DNA of 64,000 bases from NCBI GenBank assembly GCA_030141605.1, contig JAQGDQ010000134.1, positions 332,816-396,815 on the forward strand, written 5' to 3'. The notes below the pieces were generated by a model. It was given only the letters and a program-made list of their open reading frames with translations, made no database searches and was not told the DNA's origin. Source of the DNA: Tubiluchus corallicola (taxonomy: Eukaryota; Animalia; Priapulida). Below are positions 1 through 12,460 of the stretch, piece by piece; position 1 is the stretch's first letter, and each line of letters opens with the position of its first letter. A program made the position numbers and the translations under genes.

Positions 1-1936
1 TCATTTCAGGGTCAATGGTTCAACGATAGGTCCTGGTTGGAATACGTAAGGGACATTGATGCTGCATGCTGTTTCCCGTGTCGTGTGTTTGGTGCATCGA
101 CTTGCGACATGACGTTTCAAAAGACAGGATTCAGAAATTGGCATCGAGTGTTGGAAAGTAATAAAGGATTTAACAAACACTCCAAATCTGCGGAGCATCA
201 AGCCTGCATGCAGTCTTGGCAAGGATTTTTGACTAAATCCCCCATCGATGCAGAGAGGAAGAGGCTCTTGGCGTTGGGCGTCATAGATCGGCAGAGACGA
301 CACGACATTCTCCCTATACTTGTGGATACTTACTAACACGCCAGCAAGACTCCAATTACCATTCCGCGGTCATGATGAGTCTGAAGATTCTGACGATAAA
401 GGAGTGTTCATGGAGATCACAAATCTTCTCTCTCGATGGAACCCTGACCTGGCTACACACCTCGCCAAGTCAAGTGCCAATTCAAAGGGATACCCCAGCT
501 ACGTCTCCCAGTTCTCAGAACGATTTGATTAAGAGCAGCGCTGATGTGATCCGTTCTGGAATTATCAAAGACGTAAAGGCAGCCAAGTATTTCGCCATGT
601 GCTTGGACACTGCATCAGACACGAGCAAGCAAGATCAACTCTTGACGCAAGAGAGACACGTGCACGAAGATTTTTTATACCTTGTCCATTCTGACGACAT
701 GAAACTGCAGGACTGTTCAACGATCTACAGAAGGTTCTCGAAGCACATGGGTTCGAGATGACAAATATCCGAGGACAAGGATACGACGACTGCTCAACGA
801 TGTCAGGTATTTACTCCGGGGTACAGACTTGAGTCCGGAACATTTCCAAATCAGCATTCTTCGTTCACTGTTTGGCAGACAGACTTAACCTTGTCATTGT
901 GGACACGTGTTCACGAAATATCATCATGCGAAACTTCTTTGGTGTAGTTGAATTCCTCTACAATTTCATCGAATGTTCCACAAAATGACACGCGGCATTT
1001 GCGAAAATCCAAGATGAGATCCTACAGCTCGAATCTAATGAACACAACAAAGCATCCAAGACTCTGCACTCGCTTTCAGCAACTCGGTGGTCATCTCGCG
1101 TCGACAACTGCAGGGCTCTCAATGACAATCTGACTGGTGTAGTCAAGACATTGGAATCCTTCACCGAAGGACCATAATATGATCGAAAAACTGCTGGAGA
1201 GGCATTCTCCCTCCTAACCTCAATAAATTATGAATTGTGTCTGTGTTTATCAATCATGACTGATCTGCTGGGAATGTCACAGATTGTTTCCAAAGCACTC
1301 CAGAGCAAAGAACTCAATGTGCCATCAGCAGTGGTTCTCATCCAAGCCTTAATTAAAGAGACTGCAGCAAAGTGAACGGAGAATGACTTCGAAAAGTACT
1401 GGAAGATTGCACAAGAAACAGCTGAGAGCATTGGGGTGCAGTACAGTGAACCACGTCGTCGCAAGGTCTCGAAAAGAATTGACGAGTACTGGCATACAGA
1501 GATAACGTAACAAACTGCTGTTGATTTTCTCCGAACAGCTCTGTTCTATGAGATCATCAACCTGATGACAAGTGCATTGAACTCTAGATTTGGTTCTGAT
1601 GTCATTCCGTTGCTACTGTCAACTAACTGTCTGATCCACCCATCAACATCACCTGCAAAGATGGAGAAAGTCAAGACTCTTTGCACCTTCTACATGGCAG
1701 ATCTCGATAAAGAAACCCTCGAGTTGGAGTACCGCTTGTTCGCTCATGCTGTCGCTGCAGACTCTGTTCCTGAACATGTCAACACAAACTGCATTCACTG
1801 AGTATACTGTTATATGACTACTTCTGGACTGGACAAACTTTACCCAATGATCCTTGCAGTTGAGGCTGAGAAAACAAAGAATATGGACTTGAAGTCTGTG
1901 ATTGAGCTCTTCTGGAGTGATGTTCTGCGTCGTTAG
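1..1936 (+). pseudogene. Degenerate hAT transposase, ZMYM1/TTF zinc finger-DUF4371 type (5' end outside window)
   Basis: Fragments across frameshifts/stops: WLEYVRDIDAACCFPCRVF..GFRNW..KHSKSAEH (TTF finger), LPFRGHDES..GVFME (DUF4371-like), SPSSQNDLI, YFAMCLDTASDTSKQDQL, IRGQGYD..MSG, FVHCLADRLNLV, LHSLSATRWSSR; most of the C-terminal dimerization domain appears deleted near 1850. Confidence 0.88.
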
Positions 1937-2208
1937 TACAAATTTTTAGTGCATTAATTCACATGTGTCGCTGTATATCGCTTTTTACGCTTTAACCTCT
2001 TTGCTTTATCTTGGTGTAATACCTGTCATTGCTTTTCTACTATACCCCTATAGTCATCCTGTAACGTATTCATGTATATATTCATGTTATGTTGTTGGCT
2101 TTGACTGTGTTGCTGAATCATTTAAAAATAGCGTTTGTTGTTTGTTCATCATCTTCATCTTGCCTTGGAATAAACAGTTTAGTAATTGTTAAAAATATTA
2201 AATTAAAG

Positions 2209-4757
2209 CACTGGTTCCCAAAGTAGGGGTAAATTACCCCCCGGGGGTAATATGTTTTTTTTTTGGGGGGGGGGGGGTAACGGGCACCCCCTGAAAATTT
2301 TTAAAACTTCGCTCGGAATGCATTTTACGTAGTTTTCTTCTCGAAGAGACTGCCTCCGGCAGGCAACACTGTGTCATGGGGTAAATCATTTGCACGTTCC
2401 CACGATCTCTGGTGCGATCCTGTGGAGAAGTCAAAGTTCACGATTGTTTCTTTGGTTTCTTCTCTATTGACATTTCTGCACAGCGTTTAGACTTTAGAGT
2501 TTAGAGAAAGCTAGGCCCCTTTTACTATCTCTCTATCTTTTTGATACTAAGGAAAAGTAAAATATTATTTGCCTAATTTGATTGTCTCTTGTTTCTTTTC
2601 CCAGAAAGGTGCTGTGTTGTTGCCGGACATCGCGTTGCAGTGCTTTTCCACGTCAAATTTCTCCAGTTTCTTTCGCAGGACGGTGCTTTCCAAGGAAAGT
2701 GATGGCGGGGAAGAAGCGAAGCTATTCCGAATGTTTCCTCGCCCACGGTTTTGTCAATTTGCCTAGCAAAGGAGAGGATCGCCCTCAATGTGTCGTATGC
2801 AACAAAGTCCTCTCAAACAAAAGCTTGAAGCCATCAAAACTACAGGCACATTTGAGGCAGTGTCATCCGGCCTTGTGAAACAAGGACCAAGATTACTTCG
2901 AATGCCAAGCAAAAACTTTGAAAAGTATTCAGTTCGGAGCGCAGGGGACAGGTGCACAGCAAGTCGTTGCTTCCGTCGAGGTTTCATACATCGTAGTCTA
3001 CGAAGTTGCAAAGAAACAGCAATGTCACACAATCGCAGAAACACTTGTAATGCCTTGTGCAAAAGCGATGGTACAGAAAATGTGTGGAGAAGAGCAGGCG
3101 AAAAAACTGAGCACTGTATCGGTGTCAAACAACACGATTCGTCGCCGAATAAACAATATGGCGGGTGATATACTCGAGTGAGGAAGTCAGGTCCAGTCCA
3201 GTCAAGTTTTGTCTTCAATTCGACGAGTCTACAGATGTCAGTAGCTGTTCTGTTCTGCTGGGATTCATTCGTTACATTCACCTACCCATGGTCAAAGAAG
3301 AATTTCTGCTGTGCCAGAATCTCAAGACGGCGACGAAGGGAGAGGACGTGTTCAACACTGTGAGTCATTTCTTGGAAAGCAACGGGCTTAGCTGGGAACG
3401 TGTTCAGCAAGTATCAGTTGACGGAGTTCCTGCCATGATGGGGGGTCAACGTGGATTCAGAGGGTTTGTGGAAAGAGAAAATCCGAGCATTAAAGTTGAC
3501 CATTGTGCCATTCATCGCTATTCGCTGGGGTCCAAAACATTACCAGCTTCCTTGAAGGTAGTTTTTGAGTGTCGTGAAGGTGGTAAACTTCATCAAGGCA
3601 AAAGATTTGAACTCTCGCGTGTTCAAGAAATTGTGCAAGCAGATGGGGGAAAGGCATGAAGTGCTTCTTTATCACACAGAAGTGAGATGGCTGTCGAAAG
3701 GGAAGGTGTTAAGTCGAGTGCTAGAACTGCGAGAGGTGATCAACAGTTTTCTGACAGAAAAGAATTCGCCACTGGCGGGTCAGTTCTCCGACAACGAGTG
3801 GGTATGTCGGTTGTGCTACTAGGCCGATATTTTTGAGGAGCTCAACAAAGGGAACCTTGCTCTTCAGGGAAAGAACACCACCATACTTGATGTGCGTGGG
3901 ACCGTCTCGGCATTCATAGGAAAACTCAAGCTGTGGAGCAGAAGGGCATCGAAAGGCGTCATGGCGCAGTTTTCTCACATGGATCAATTCATCGAAACTA
4001 ACGAGCAAGGTGAGGAAAAGCTGGAAATAGTTGAACACCTCAACGAGCTCGTCCAAAACTTGGAAAGGTATTTCCCGGACCTGGAAACAAGATCCTTATA
4101 GTGGTGCGTACAGCCCTTTTTGGCGGAGGATGGTCAAATTGAAGACGACAATTTCCCAACTAAAGAAGAGTGGATTGAACTGAGGCTCAACGAGGAAAAG
4201 CAAATGAAATTCCAGCAGCAGAACCTGGAAGAGTTCTGGATAGGAGAGATGGCCAGTTCACCAGTCCTTGCAGAACGGGCATTGAATATTCTCACGTGTT
4301 TTTCAACACCGTATCTGTGTGAACAAGGTTTTTCGTCCATAATGAACATGAAAACAAAGAAAAGAAATAGGTTGGACGTGGAAAGCGATGCATGCATTGC
4401 TTTGAGCCTGACGAAACCCAGGATTGAGAAAATGGCGTCCGAAAAACAGGCTCATCCCACTAATGGGATTTTGTTGTTGTCATTCATTTCTTCTTGTTTT
4501 CGTTTGTTCGAGTAATAATTACTCGAACGAACCTGCTCACTCAGTAATGAGCAGGTTCAGTAATTGTAATTCTTGTTTTGGCAACAATACAACAACAACA
4601 CCTGGAAATTTATTTATGTCACGAGCAAACATAAATAATTTTCCTTACTTGTGGCATATACGTGTGTTTACTTTTTGAGTTGGAGAAGTGGGGGGGTAAT
4701 GGATACGACCGGGTTTCCCGAGTTGGGTAACGGTCCGAGAAAGTTTGGGAACCACTG
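2209..4757 (+). mobile_element. Buster/Charlie-type hAT DNA transposon, full length
   Basis: Left TIR CACTGGTTCCCAAAGT (2209) vs right-end reverse complement CAGTGGTTCCCAAACT (14/16); perfect 8-bp TSD AATTAAAG at 2201-2208 and 4758-4765 with the central TA typical of Buster; subterminal GGGGTAA repeats at both ends. Confidence 0.95.
2702..4463 (+). pseudogene. Buster-type (ZBED5/ZBED8/SCAND3-like) transposase with stops and frameshifts
   Basis: MAGKKRSY..RPQCVVCNKVLSNKSLKPSKLQAHL (BED finger), HTIAETLVMPC, SVSNNTIRRRI, LQFDESTDVS, VDGVPAMMG, HCAIHR, HTEVRWLSKGKVL, FSTPYLCEQGFS, KQAHP. Confidence 0.93.
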
Positions 4758-5510
4758 AATTAAAGGTATATTTTGGTAGTCGTCTTTTCATCGAATCTTT
4801 GGATTCCTGACAGCTAATAAATACTTCATTAATTTTTAATTTTAATTAAATTTCTGTAGCTATAGCTTTAAGTTAAATGCCAGTTGGGAATAAATAAATC
4901 ATTTTTCTTGCACGCAAAAAGTCAAGATATCCTGAGATAAAAACAACACTTGCTGAGCGGGTCCAAGAAAGTAGACAAAACCATATCGAGATAACTACAC
5001 AGCAAGCGGCGCATTGTATTTCAGCTGTGCCACCAGATTTCGCATCAGTCATTTCAATATGGGTGCACCCGGAGATAGCCAGTTTCATTCAGAAAATAAG
5101 GTAAGAAAATGCTTTTTTAATCATCTACATAGCATTTCAGAATGTGAAGTTGATTTCTGTGGTACATTTAATGCCAATTCATTGTGTAGATGTTGAAATT
5201 CAGCGAATCGGCAACAATTCAAAGATTTCTGTATTATTTTTCGATTAGATTTGGTGCCAAATTTTTTTTGCAAGTCATTTTTTTGAATAGAATAGAATGG
5301 AATAGTAAAAAGGCATTTCTGTTCAGAAATCAGGAGGCTAGTGATGATCATTGACAACAGTGGGTCACCAGACTGAGAAGTACGCGGTGCATGCCTGATA
5401 TATTGGGTGCGCATAGATTTTTGCTGTATTTTTTTTCATAACAGTGAAAAAATTGGCCTAGCAAAGTGGGCCTCACCACATGGTGGTGGTGTACAGTGCC
5501 GTATTAGTAA

Positions 5511-5557
5511 TACAGAGGTGTATTTTCAATAAAGTACAGAGGTGCACTTTCAATAAA
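5511..5557. repeat. Two-copy 24-bp tandem duplication containing AATAAA
   Basis: TACAGAGGTGTATTTTCAATAAAG followed by TACAGAGGTGCACTTTCAATAAAA; could be an LTR remnant upstream of gag. Confidence 0.6.
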
Positions 5558-6393
5558 AAAATGTGGCCAAGTAGGCCACCTCACAGTGCCTATCAAATTA
5601 TTGGCACATAGCACCAACTATCCAAAACAGGTATCAGGCATGCAAAAACTTCATTCTGGCAATGGGAGTACCACTGTCAGTCAGGTCCAGATCGGTACTT
5701 AGTATTTTCTTTAATATTTTCCAGAGACCACGATGGAGTACAAAAGTGGACTACGATCTTCTACATAGAGGAGAAAGATTACAAACAACTGGAACAAGTA
5801 ACAGAAAGAGGTACAATAAATTTAACTTTTTTTAAGCACAAGTTTGCTTTGTATCTGACGGCATGCGAAGCAAATAATAAAGCAGATAGTGTCAAGTCGT
5901 CGTTGCTGCTTTACGTAATAGGGGAAGATACATTGCAGTTATATAATACGTTCGAGTTTGCAGGTAATGAGCCCGATGCAGGTCAACCTGCTAACATGAA
6001 CTTTGATGCTATCATGCAAAATTCGAGCAACACTGCATACCAAAGCAGAACATTACATATGAGCATCACAAGTTCTTTACCTGTAACCAAAAGGCAGGTG
6101 AAACCATTGATCAGTATGTGACAGAACTGCGGAAAAGATGCAAAACATGCGAATTTGGCGCTTTAGCTGAATCACCCATAAAAGACAGAATAGTCTGTGG
6201 CATCCAAGATAACAGCTTATGAGAGAGACTGAGACCCGGCGTGCATTACAATGCACATTGGTTCTGCTCGCTGTCAGAAATTTAATTGTAGATTGTAGTC
6301 ACTCAGACCCATTGGCAATTGTAATGCACAAACAAGCCTTCAATTAAATACCGGTACAGTAGCCACTGCTCAGCTTGGGTGACCCATACAAAG

Positions 6394-8622
6394 ATGGCAG
6401 CACTCAGTGTCGGAGCATTCTACGGGCGTCGAAAAGGTTTGTAAATTAAAATTCTTGTGTATATGTTACAAACATAAATGTTACATAGTTTTGAAGCAGT
6501 TTTTATGCTGTTTTAAATGGTGTATTAGGTTTGACTGTACGATTAACACTGCCTGGACTAACGGACAAAGCCTGTGATGTGCATTGTAATGCACATTGGG
6601 CCTCACTGAGGACAAATGATCCTGCATTTTACCAACACTCAGGACTAATATCAGGGGCGTTTTTATCATCCCCTCTTCCTTTGTTTTGCCCCTAGGGTTG
6701 TTTCAACGTACTGATAATCATTTTACACTTTGTTACAATTACTTTGCACTTTTTCTAAAAAAATTTTCAGGAGGGTAAATCTATCAAAGAGGTACATTTT
6801 TGGGGCGGCAGAAACAGGGTCCCAGAGGTAACTTGGCATACCTAGCAACATTTTTGCAAAATTTGGGAACCTACTGTGCATCAAATTCTGTATTAAATTA
6901 AGCTTTTATGTTTTGTTTTAGTTTCTACAAGAGCAGTTGATCAAGCGTTGGGAGTGGTTGGAGATGGGAATGATAGCGAGGGGGGTTTGAGTGATGACGA
7001 TGTGGAGCAAGATGAGGGTGATGTTGACGTTGGAGATAGTAGCAGTGAGGAGGAAGCAGAGGAGGAATCAGAATCAGATGATGAGTCAGGAGGACCAAGT
7101 ACCAGCAGACGCAGATGCGGAGGGACAGGACAAGGATGGAAGAGGAAGGACTACCAGTCAAGAGACGTTGCTGACCGACCAGACAATACCTATCACAATC
7201 GTGCAGCCTGGACTGCTCAGGACTATATTCAGCAGTACATAAAACCGGACTTATTCAACATAATGTCTACAAGCACAAATGTTCGTTCGGTTGAAGCAAC
7301 AGGACAGAGTCTAAATACATCTGCCGAGGAAGTCATAGTGTTTCTGGGAGCAGAACTGTTGAGCAGCATTCTTGGATATCCACGAACGAGGATGTACTGG
7401 ATTGCTGACGTGATCAGTCGTAACAGATTCTTCAAAATCAGGAACAATCTAAAATTAGTTGATGACAACGGTGTGGCTGATGACGAGAAACAGAGGGACA
7501 GATTGTGGAAGGTGTGACCGCTGCTGAACTCGGTTCGCCAGGGTTGCTTGGTGATGCACCGAAGCAACAATGTATCCATCGATGAACAGATGATTCCGTT
7601 TACGGGGCGATACAGCATGAAACAATAGGTTAGAGGAAAACCCAATCCTGTGGGGTTGAAAAACTTTGTTGCTGCCAATCCTGATGGATTAATATTAGAT
7701 TTCAGAATCTACACCGGTAACAACAAGTTTGAGGATATCAACTCGCCATTGGGTTTGGCTGCCAAGGCTGTACTCTGTTTGTCAGAAACAATGGCAAGAG
7801 ACACTGTGATCGTTTCTTTACGAGTATGCCTCTTGCTGCTGCACTGCTGAACCACCATCTACATCTGATTGGTTCAATCATGTCGAACAGAGTATCTGCA
7901 ATGAGTGGCAACCTGCCTCCTGATGCGCAACTGAAAAAAAAACCCAGAGGCACTTCAGCTGAAGTCGTGTCAGATAATTCAGAAACTGTTCCAATAAAGT
8001 GGTTTGATAACAAACCAATCTTGATGCTGTCTACAGCGGTAGGCAAGAATCCGGAAGGGACTTGTCGCAGGTGGTCGAAAGCTGCGCAAACTCGTGTAAC
8101 AATAAACTGTCCTGCTGCCGTCATCTCGTACCACCAAAACATGGGGGTGTCGACATGCATGATCGACTTCTCAGCTATTATCGGTCCAAGACGCGAACAA
8201 AGAAGTGGACCATCAGGACAATTCTTCACTTCTTCAATGTTGCTGTTGTAAACAGCTGGATTCAGTACAGAAATGACAGAGCTGCCCTAGGAGACAGGCA
8301 CAAGGACATCATGCAGCTGATGGACTTTAAAATGGATGTTGCAGAGGCCTGGATAGCCACACCTCCTCATCAATCTGAGTCTAGCTCAGATGATGAGCCA
8401 CAACCAGGGCCATCAGCCAAGCGTAAGTGCCAGCCGATGCCGTCGCAACACAAGCGCTACAGTAGTGCGATGCACTTACCGGAAATGACTGAAATACCAT
8501 CTAACAGTCGCTGCCGCAGAGAGGGCTGCTCTGGCAGAACAAAAGTACGCTGTTGCACATGTGAAGTGTTTCTGTGTTTGACATCCAAAAATAACTGCTT
8601 CAAAGCATTCCATGGCCAGTAG
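6394..8622 (+). pseudogene. piggyBac transposase (PGBD2/PGBD3-like), two exons, stops and frameshifts
   Basis: Exon1 6394-6436 MAALSVGAFYGRRK, GT-AG intron 6437-6921, exon2 in frame with ORF 6948; acidic N-terminus, [71 protein letters not shown]-terminal CRREGC..CCTCEVFLC..CFKAFH cysteine-rich domain. Confidence 0.92.
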
Positions 8623-8685
8623 TATTCAGTAGCCAGTAGTATTTCAGTAGTAGTAGTTCAGTAGCCAGTAGTATTCAGTACTTTG
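8615..8685. repeat. Short imperfect tandem repeat (CCAGTAGTATTCAGTAG units) after the transposase stop
   Basis: About three imperfect copies of GCCAGTAGTATT(T)CAGTA. Confidence 0.7.
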
Positions 8686-11600
8686 CAGTATTCTAGACAG
8701 ACAGACCTTACTTCAACTCAGAGACCTTACTTTTGCTTTAACTGGACCTTGATGTGATTAAAACAGTTGAACTTGATTAATTGTTGATATTGTTTTATCT
8801 TGAAATAATGTCATTTTTCCATGAAATATGACGCGACTAAGACCCATTGTGCATTGTAATGCACATAGGAGGTCAAGGTCAAGGATGATCATGAAAAAAC
8901 TTGGTGTGTAAGTTCACTAGGATCTGTATGTTATAAAAAGTCTATAATATTAAGAAAAACACACATGAATTTATCTTGGGTCTCAAGAAGCAGAACTGAC
9001 ACTGGATAAAGTGATTAATATGTGTAAAGCAGTAGAGACAACAAAGCAACAAGTGAAAGGACTTCAGCAGGCAGAAGCAAGTCACACAACTGTGGAATCT
9101 AGGGTTCATACAGTAAAGAATTCTAGATGTAATACAAATGTAGTGGTTACTAAGAAACAACAGTGTGCTAGGACTAGTGCTAGTGGTCACACACTGATAA
9201 AGCAATGTACACGGTGCAGTACTAAACATGGCAAATTGTGTCCAGCTTATGGAAAATATTGCAAAATGTGTCACAAAAGAGGACATTTTGCAAAATGTTG
9301 CATTACAGTTATGCCGAAAGTACATACAGTCGACGAAGAATTTTTTGTAGGAACAATTTCGTCTGATACATCATCCGCTGAGTGGATAAGGCCGGTAGAA
9401 GTGAACAAAACTGTTGTAATTTTTAAATTGGACAAGGGTGCAAATGTGAATATAATTACACAAGAAGACTTTCGTACTTTAATAAATAAACTGAAAGTGC
9501 ACAAAACGAATGTCAAGCTTAGTGGTTACTCTGGCGCAGCAATCCCAGTGTTTGGAAAATGCATCATGACAGTAACATACAAGACTGTGAGTTTAAATTA
9601 CAGTTTTTAATAGTGTCACATGATAATGCTCAGTCGATATTAGATATCGATGCTTGTGAAAAACTGCAGCTTGTTAAGCAAGTCTTGACAGTTAATCAGC
9701 ATAAAGACTTTGGTGAATATTCTTCATTAATGGATCATTACAGTGATGTATTTCAAGGTTTTGGCTGTCATCCAGGTGTACACACAATTGTTATTGATGA
9801 ATCAGCCCTAAAAATAGTTCGGCCGTGTCGCAAGATACCATTTGCATTAAGAAACAAAGTTAAAACAGAACTAGAACGTATGGAGTCGATGGGGGTTATA
9901 GCGAAAATAGATGAACCAACAGACTTCGTAAACAGTATGGTTGTCGCGACCAAGAAGAATAAAGTAGACATCAGGATATGCCTAGATCCCAGGGATCTCA
10001 ATCGTGCTATAAAGCGAGAACATTACAAATTGCCGACTAGAGAAGAGATCGTGTCACAATTCGCAAATGCCAAAGTATTTAGCAAATTGGATGCTTCATG
10101 TGGATTCTGGCAGATGAAACTAGATGAGGCAAGCTCCAAGTTATGTGCGTTCAATACACCTTTTGCGAGGTTTCGCTTTCTTAGGCTCCCGTTTGGTATA
10201 TCATCAGCACCAGAGGTATACCATAAAGCAATTCATATGATTTATGAACACTTGCCTGCCTGGTGTTGACTCATCTATGGATGATATAATAATTTGGGGT
10301 GCTAACAAAAAGGAACACGATGAAAATTTGATCAAACAAGACAGGCAAACCTTAAGCTCAACAAAGAGAAGTGGGTGCTTGGCGTAAATAAAGTGACTTT
10401 CTTGGGGGAAGTCATTTCAAAGCAAGGTGTGCAACCTGACCCAACAAAAGTTCAAGCAGTAAAGGAAATGCTAGAGCCAAAAGATAAAAAGGAAGTACAG
10501 CAGTTTTTGGGCAAGATAAATTTTCTTGGAAAATTTATATCTGATCTGTCAACTAAAACAGCACCATTGCGTCAACTGTTGGATAAAGAAACAGAGTTTC
10601 TGTGGTCACATGAACAGCAGCAAGCATGGTTACAGTTAAAACAATTAATTTCTGAAGAACCAGTGCTTAGGTTCTACGACACAGAAAAACCTATTAAAAT
10701 ATTATCAGATTCTTCAATGTACGGATTAGGAGCTGTATTATTACAAAAGCATGATGATCAGTGGCTTCCCGTGGCATACGCCGGTAGATCGCTTACAGAC
10801 GCTGAAACTAGGTATGCTCAGATAGAGCGGGAACTTTTATCTATCGTTTTTGCTTGTGAACGTTTTCATCAGTTCATATTTGCTAGATCGATAGTAGCAG
10901 AAACTGATCATAAATCACTAATAGCAGTTTTTGACAAACCTTTGGTTGAGTGTCCATTGAGAATACAGCAACTCATGCTTAGGTTGCAGAACTAAATTGA
11001 AGCAATAAGTGAAATAATCCAGCACTAGTTTTGAATTTCTGCATTCTTACAGTTTCATATACCAGTTACTTATGCCAAATTTTGTATTGTCAAATGGAAA
11101 TTACTGTAATTTACAAATTGGTGTTTGTATTCTCAATTGCTGATTATCATTACTGTATGTAATACTTATTCTAGTTGACTGCAAACAAAGTTGCTACTAT
11201 AGAAAACAAAGTATACTATAGCTAATTGAAGTTTAATATAACTTACGTCTGCATAATACTTAAGTATTCCTTTTCGAGGTATTTCAGTATACATTGTAGA
11301 TAGGCTCAGAATTTTTTTGAATTCAATACATGTTACTTTTAGCTGGTTGATTGTTTTCCCCAGGTCGTGTAGGTGCTTAAATTTACCTGGTTTGTGAGAA
11401 CAAAACCCATTAATATATTATTGTAAGTTCTCAACACTGTAATATGCTCATGTGCACTGATGTTGCCTTGTAACCTTTCAGAAATAGGATTGCTGTGTGC
11501 TTATCTATTGGTTACACCTATATAATAAATTACGTTGATAAACTAATGGCGACCTGTATAGTTTTATCTTGCGGTATAATTCATATTAGAGTGGAGGGTA

Positions 11601-12460
11601 GACTGGATGAAGATACAAAGATATTTCATAAGAAAGCAGTGGTGACATACCAAATGTTTTACTTGAAGTTATTCAAGTAGAACATCATTAGTATCTGAAC
11701 AGTTATGAATATGATGTGAATCATGGATGACTCTGGTCAGCAGAGTCACTGATGCTAAGCAGCCCAAACTATACATGACCAAATATCACAACAAGCAGAG
11801 GCGACCACTTGAAGCCTCAATTAAATAAATTTATGGACTCTAATAAAGTTAAGTGTTAAAACTGTCTAATATTTAAATGGATGGGGAAGACTCATCAACA
11901 GGATTTATCAATGACATATATTTCTATCTTTTGTACCATAACAGGTATGGGTCAAAGGCCCTACGTAGTATTACATTTAATATATAGAACTGTACTATGT
12001 TTGTAGCCGTGAATGAGAGAGTTTGGCCAAATTTCAAAATAAACTTTTGCTATGCAAATCATGTTGCACAGTGAAAGACCTTTACCTCGTTTAGAATGTA
12101 CAGTTTATACAGCAGATTAATTACACTAATAAATATGATCACCTCTCCTAGTTGTCCATTCTAGGTGGTCAGGTGTGTGAGCCTATTCTAGGCAGCCAGA
12201 GGACCGGTCAAGAAGGAATACAAAGACGATGGATTACCCTCACTGTAATCTAGATAAAAATTGATAAGGCAACACACAACTCGCCGAGCAGCTTCTTATC
12301 GTGCAAATACCATAGCAAGCAATTGGGATCTGAGACTCTATGAGTTCAATTTTATGCGTTCAACAAAGAACAAAACAAAAGTAACAAAATGTCAATGGAA
12401 GTAAACAATTAGATAAGTACTTGAGTAAAAGCTGGTAAGATGCTTTGATGGACACAGTCC

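Larger units (their letters stand above)
6230..8985 (+). mobile_element. piggyBac-superfamily DNA transposon inserted in Gypsy gag
   Basis: Short inverted ends TGAGACCC (6230-6237) and GGGTCTCA (8978-8985) exactly where gag breaks and resumes; palindromic GTGCAT-N4-ATGCAC subterminal motifs at ~6241, ~6314 (degenerate), ~6579, ~8849; internal piggyBac transposase. Confidence 0.88.
5733..10995 (+). mobile_element. Degenerate Gypsy/Ty3 LTR retrotransposon (Mag-like, K02A2.6-like) gag-protease-RT-RNaseH, interrupted by piggyBac; integrase and LTRs not seen
   Basis: gag: FALYLTA..SLLLYVIGED..YNTF, IKDRIVCGIQDNSL*ERL | QEAELTLDKVINMCKAVE; double knuckle CTRCSTKH..CPAYGKYCKMCHKRGHF; protease FKLDKGANVN; RT IRICLDPRDLNRAI, FSKLDASCGFWQ, RLPFGISSAPE, SMDDI; RNaseH DSSMYGLGAVLLQ, ETRYAQIERELL, ETDHKSL. 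Confidence 0.93.

Noticed and set aside
5380-5720. 3' TIR of the first hAT (..GGTGCATGCCTG at 5397) and Gypsy 5' LTR/PBS
   Set aside because: Partner ends are outside the window or missing, so neither can be verified.
8615-8685. CRISPR-like array
   Set aside because: Simple tandem repeat without unique spacers in a eukaryotic transposon; no cas genes.
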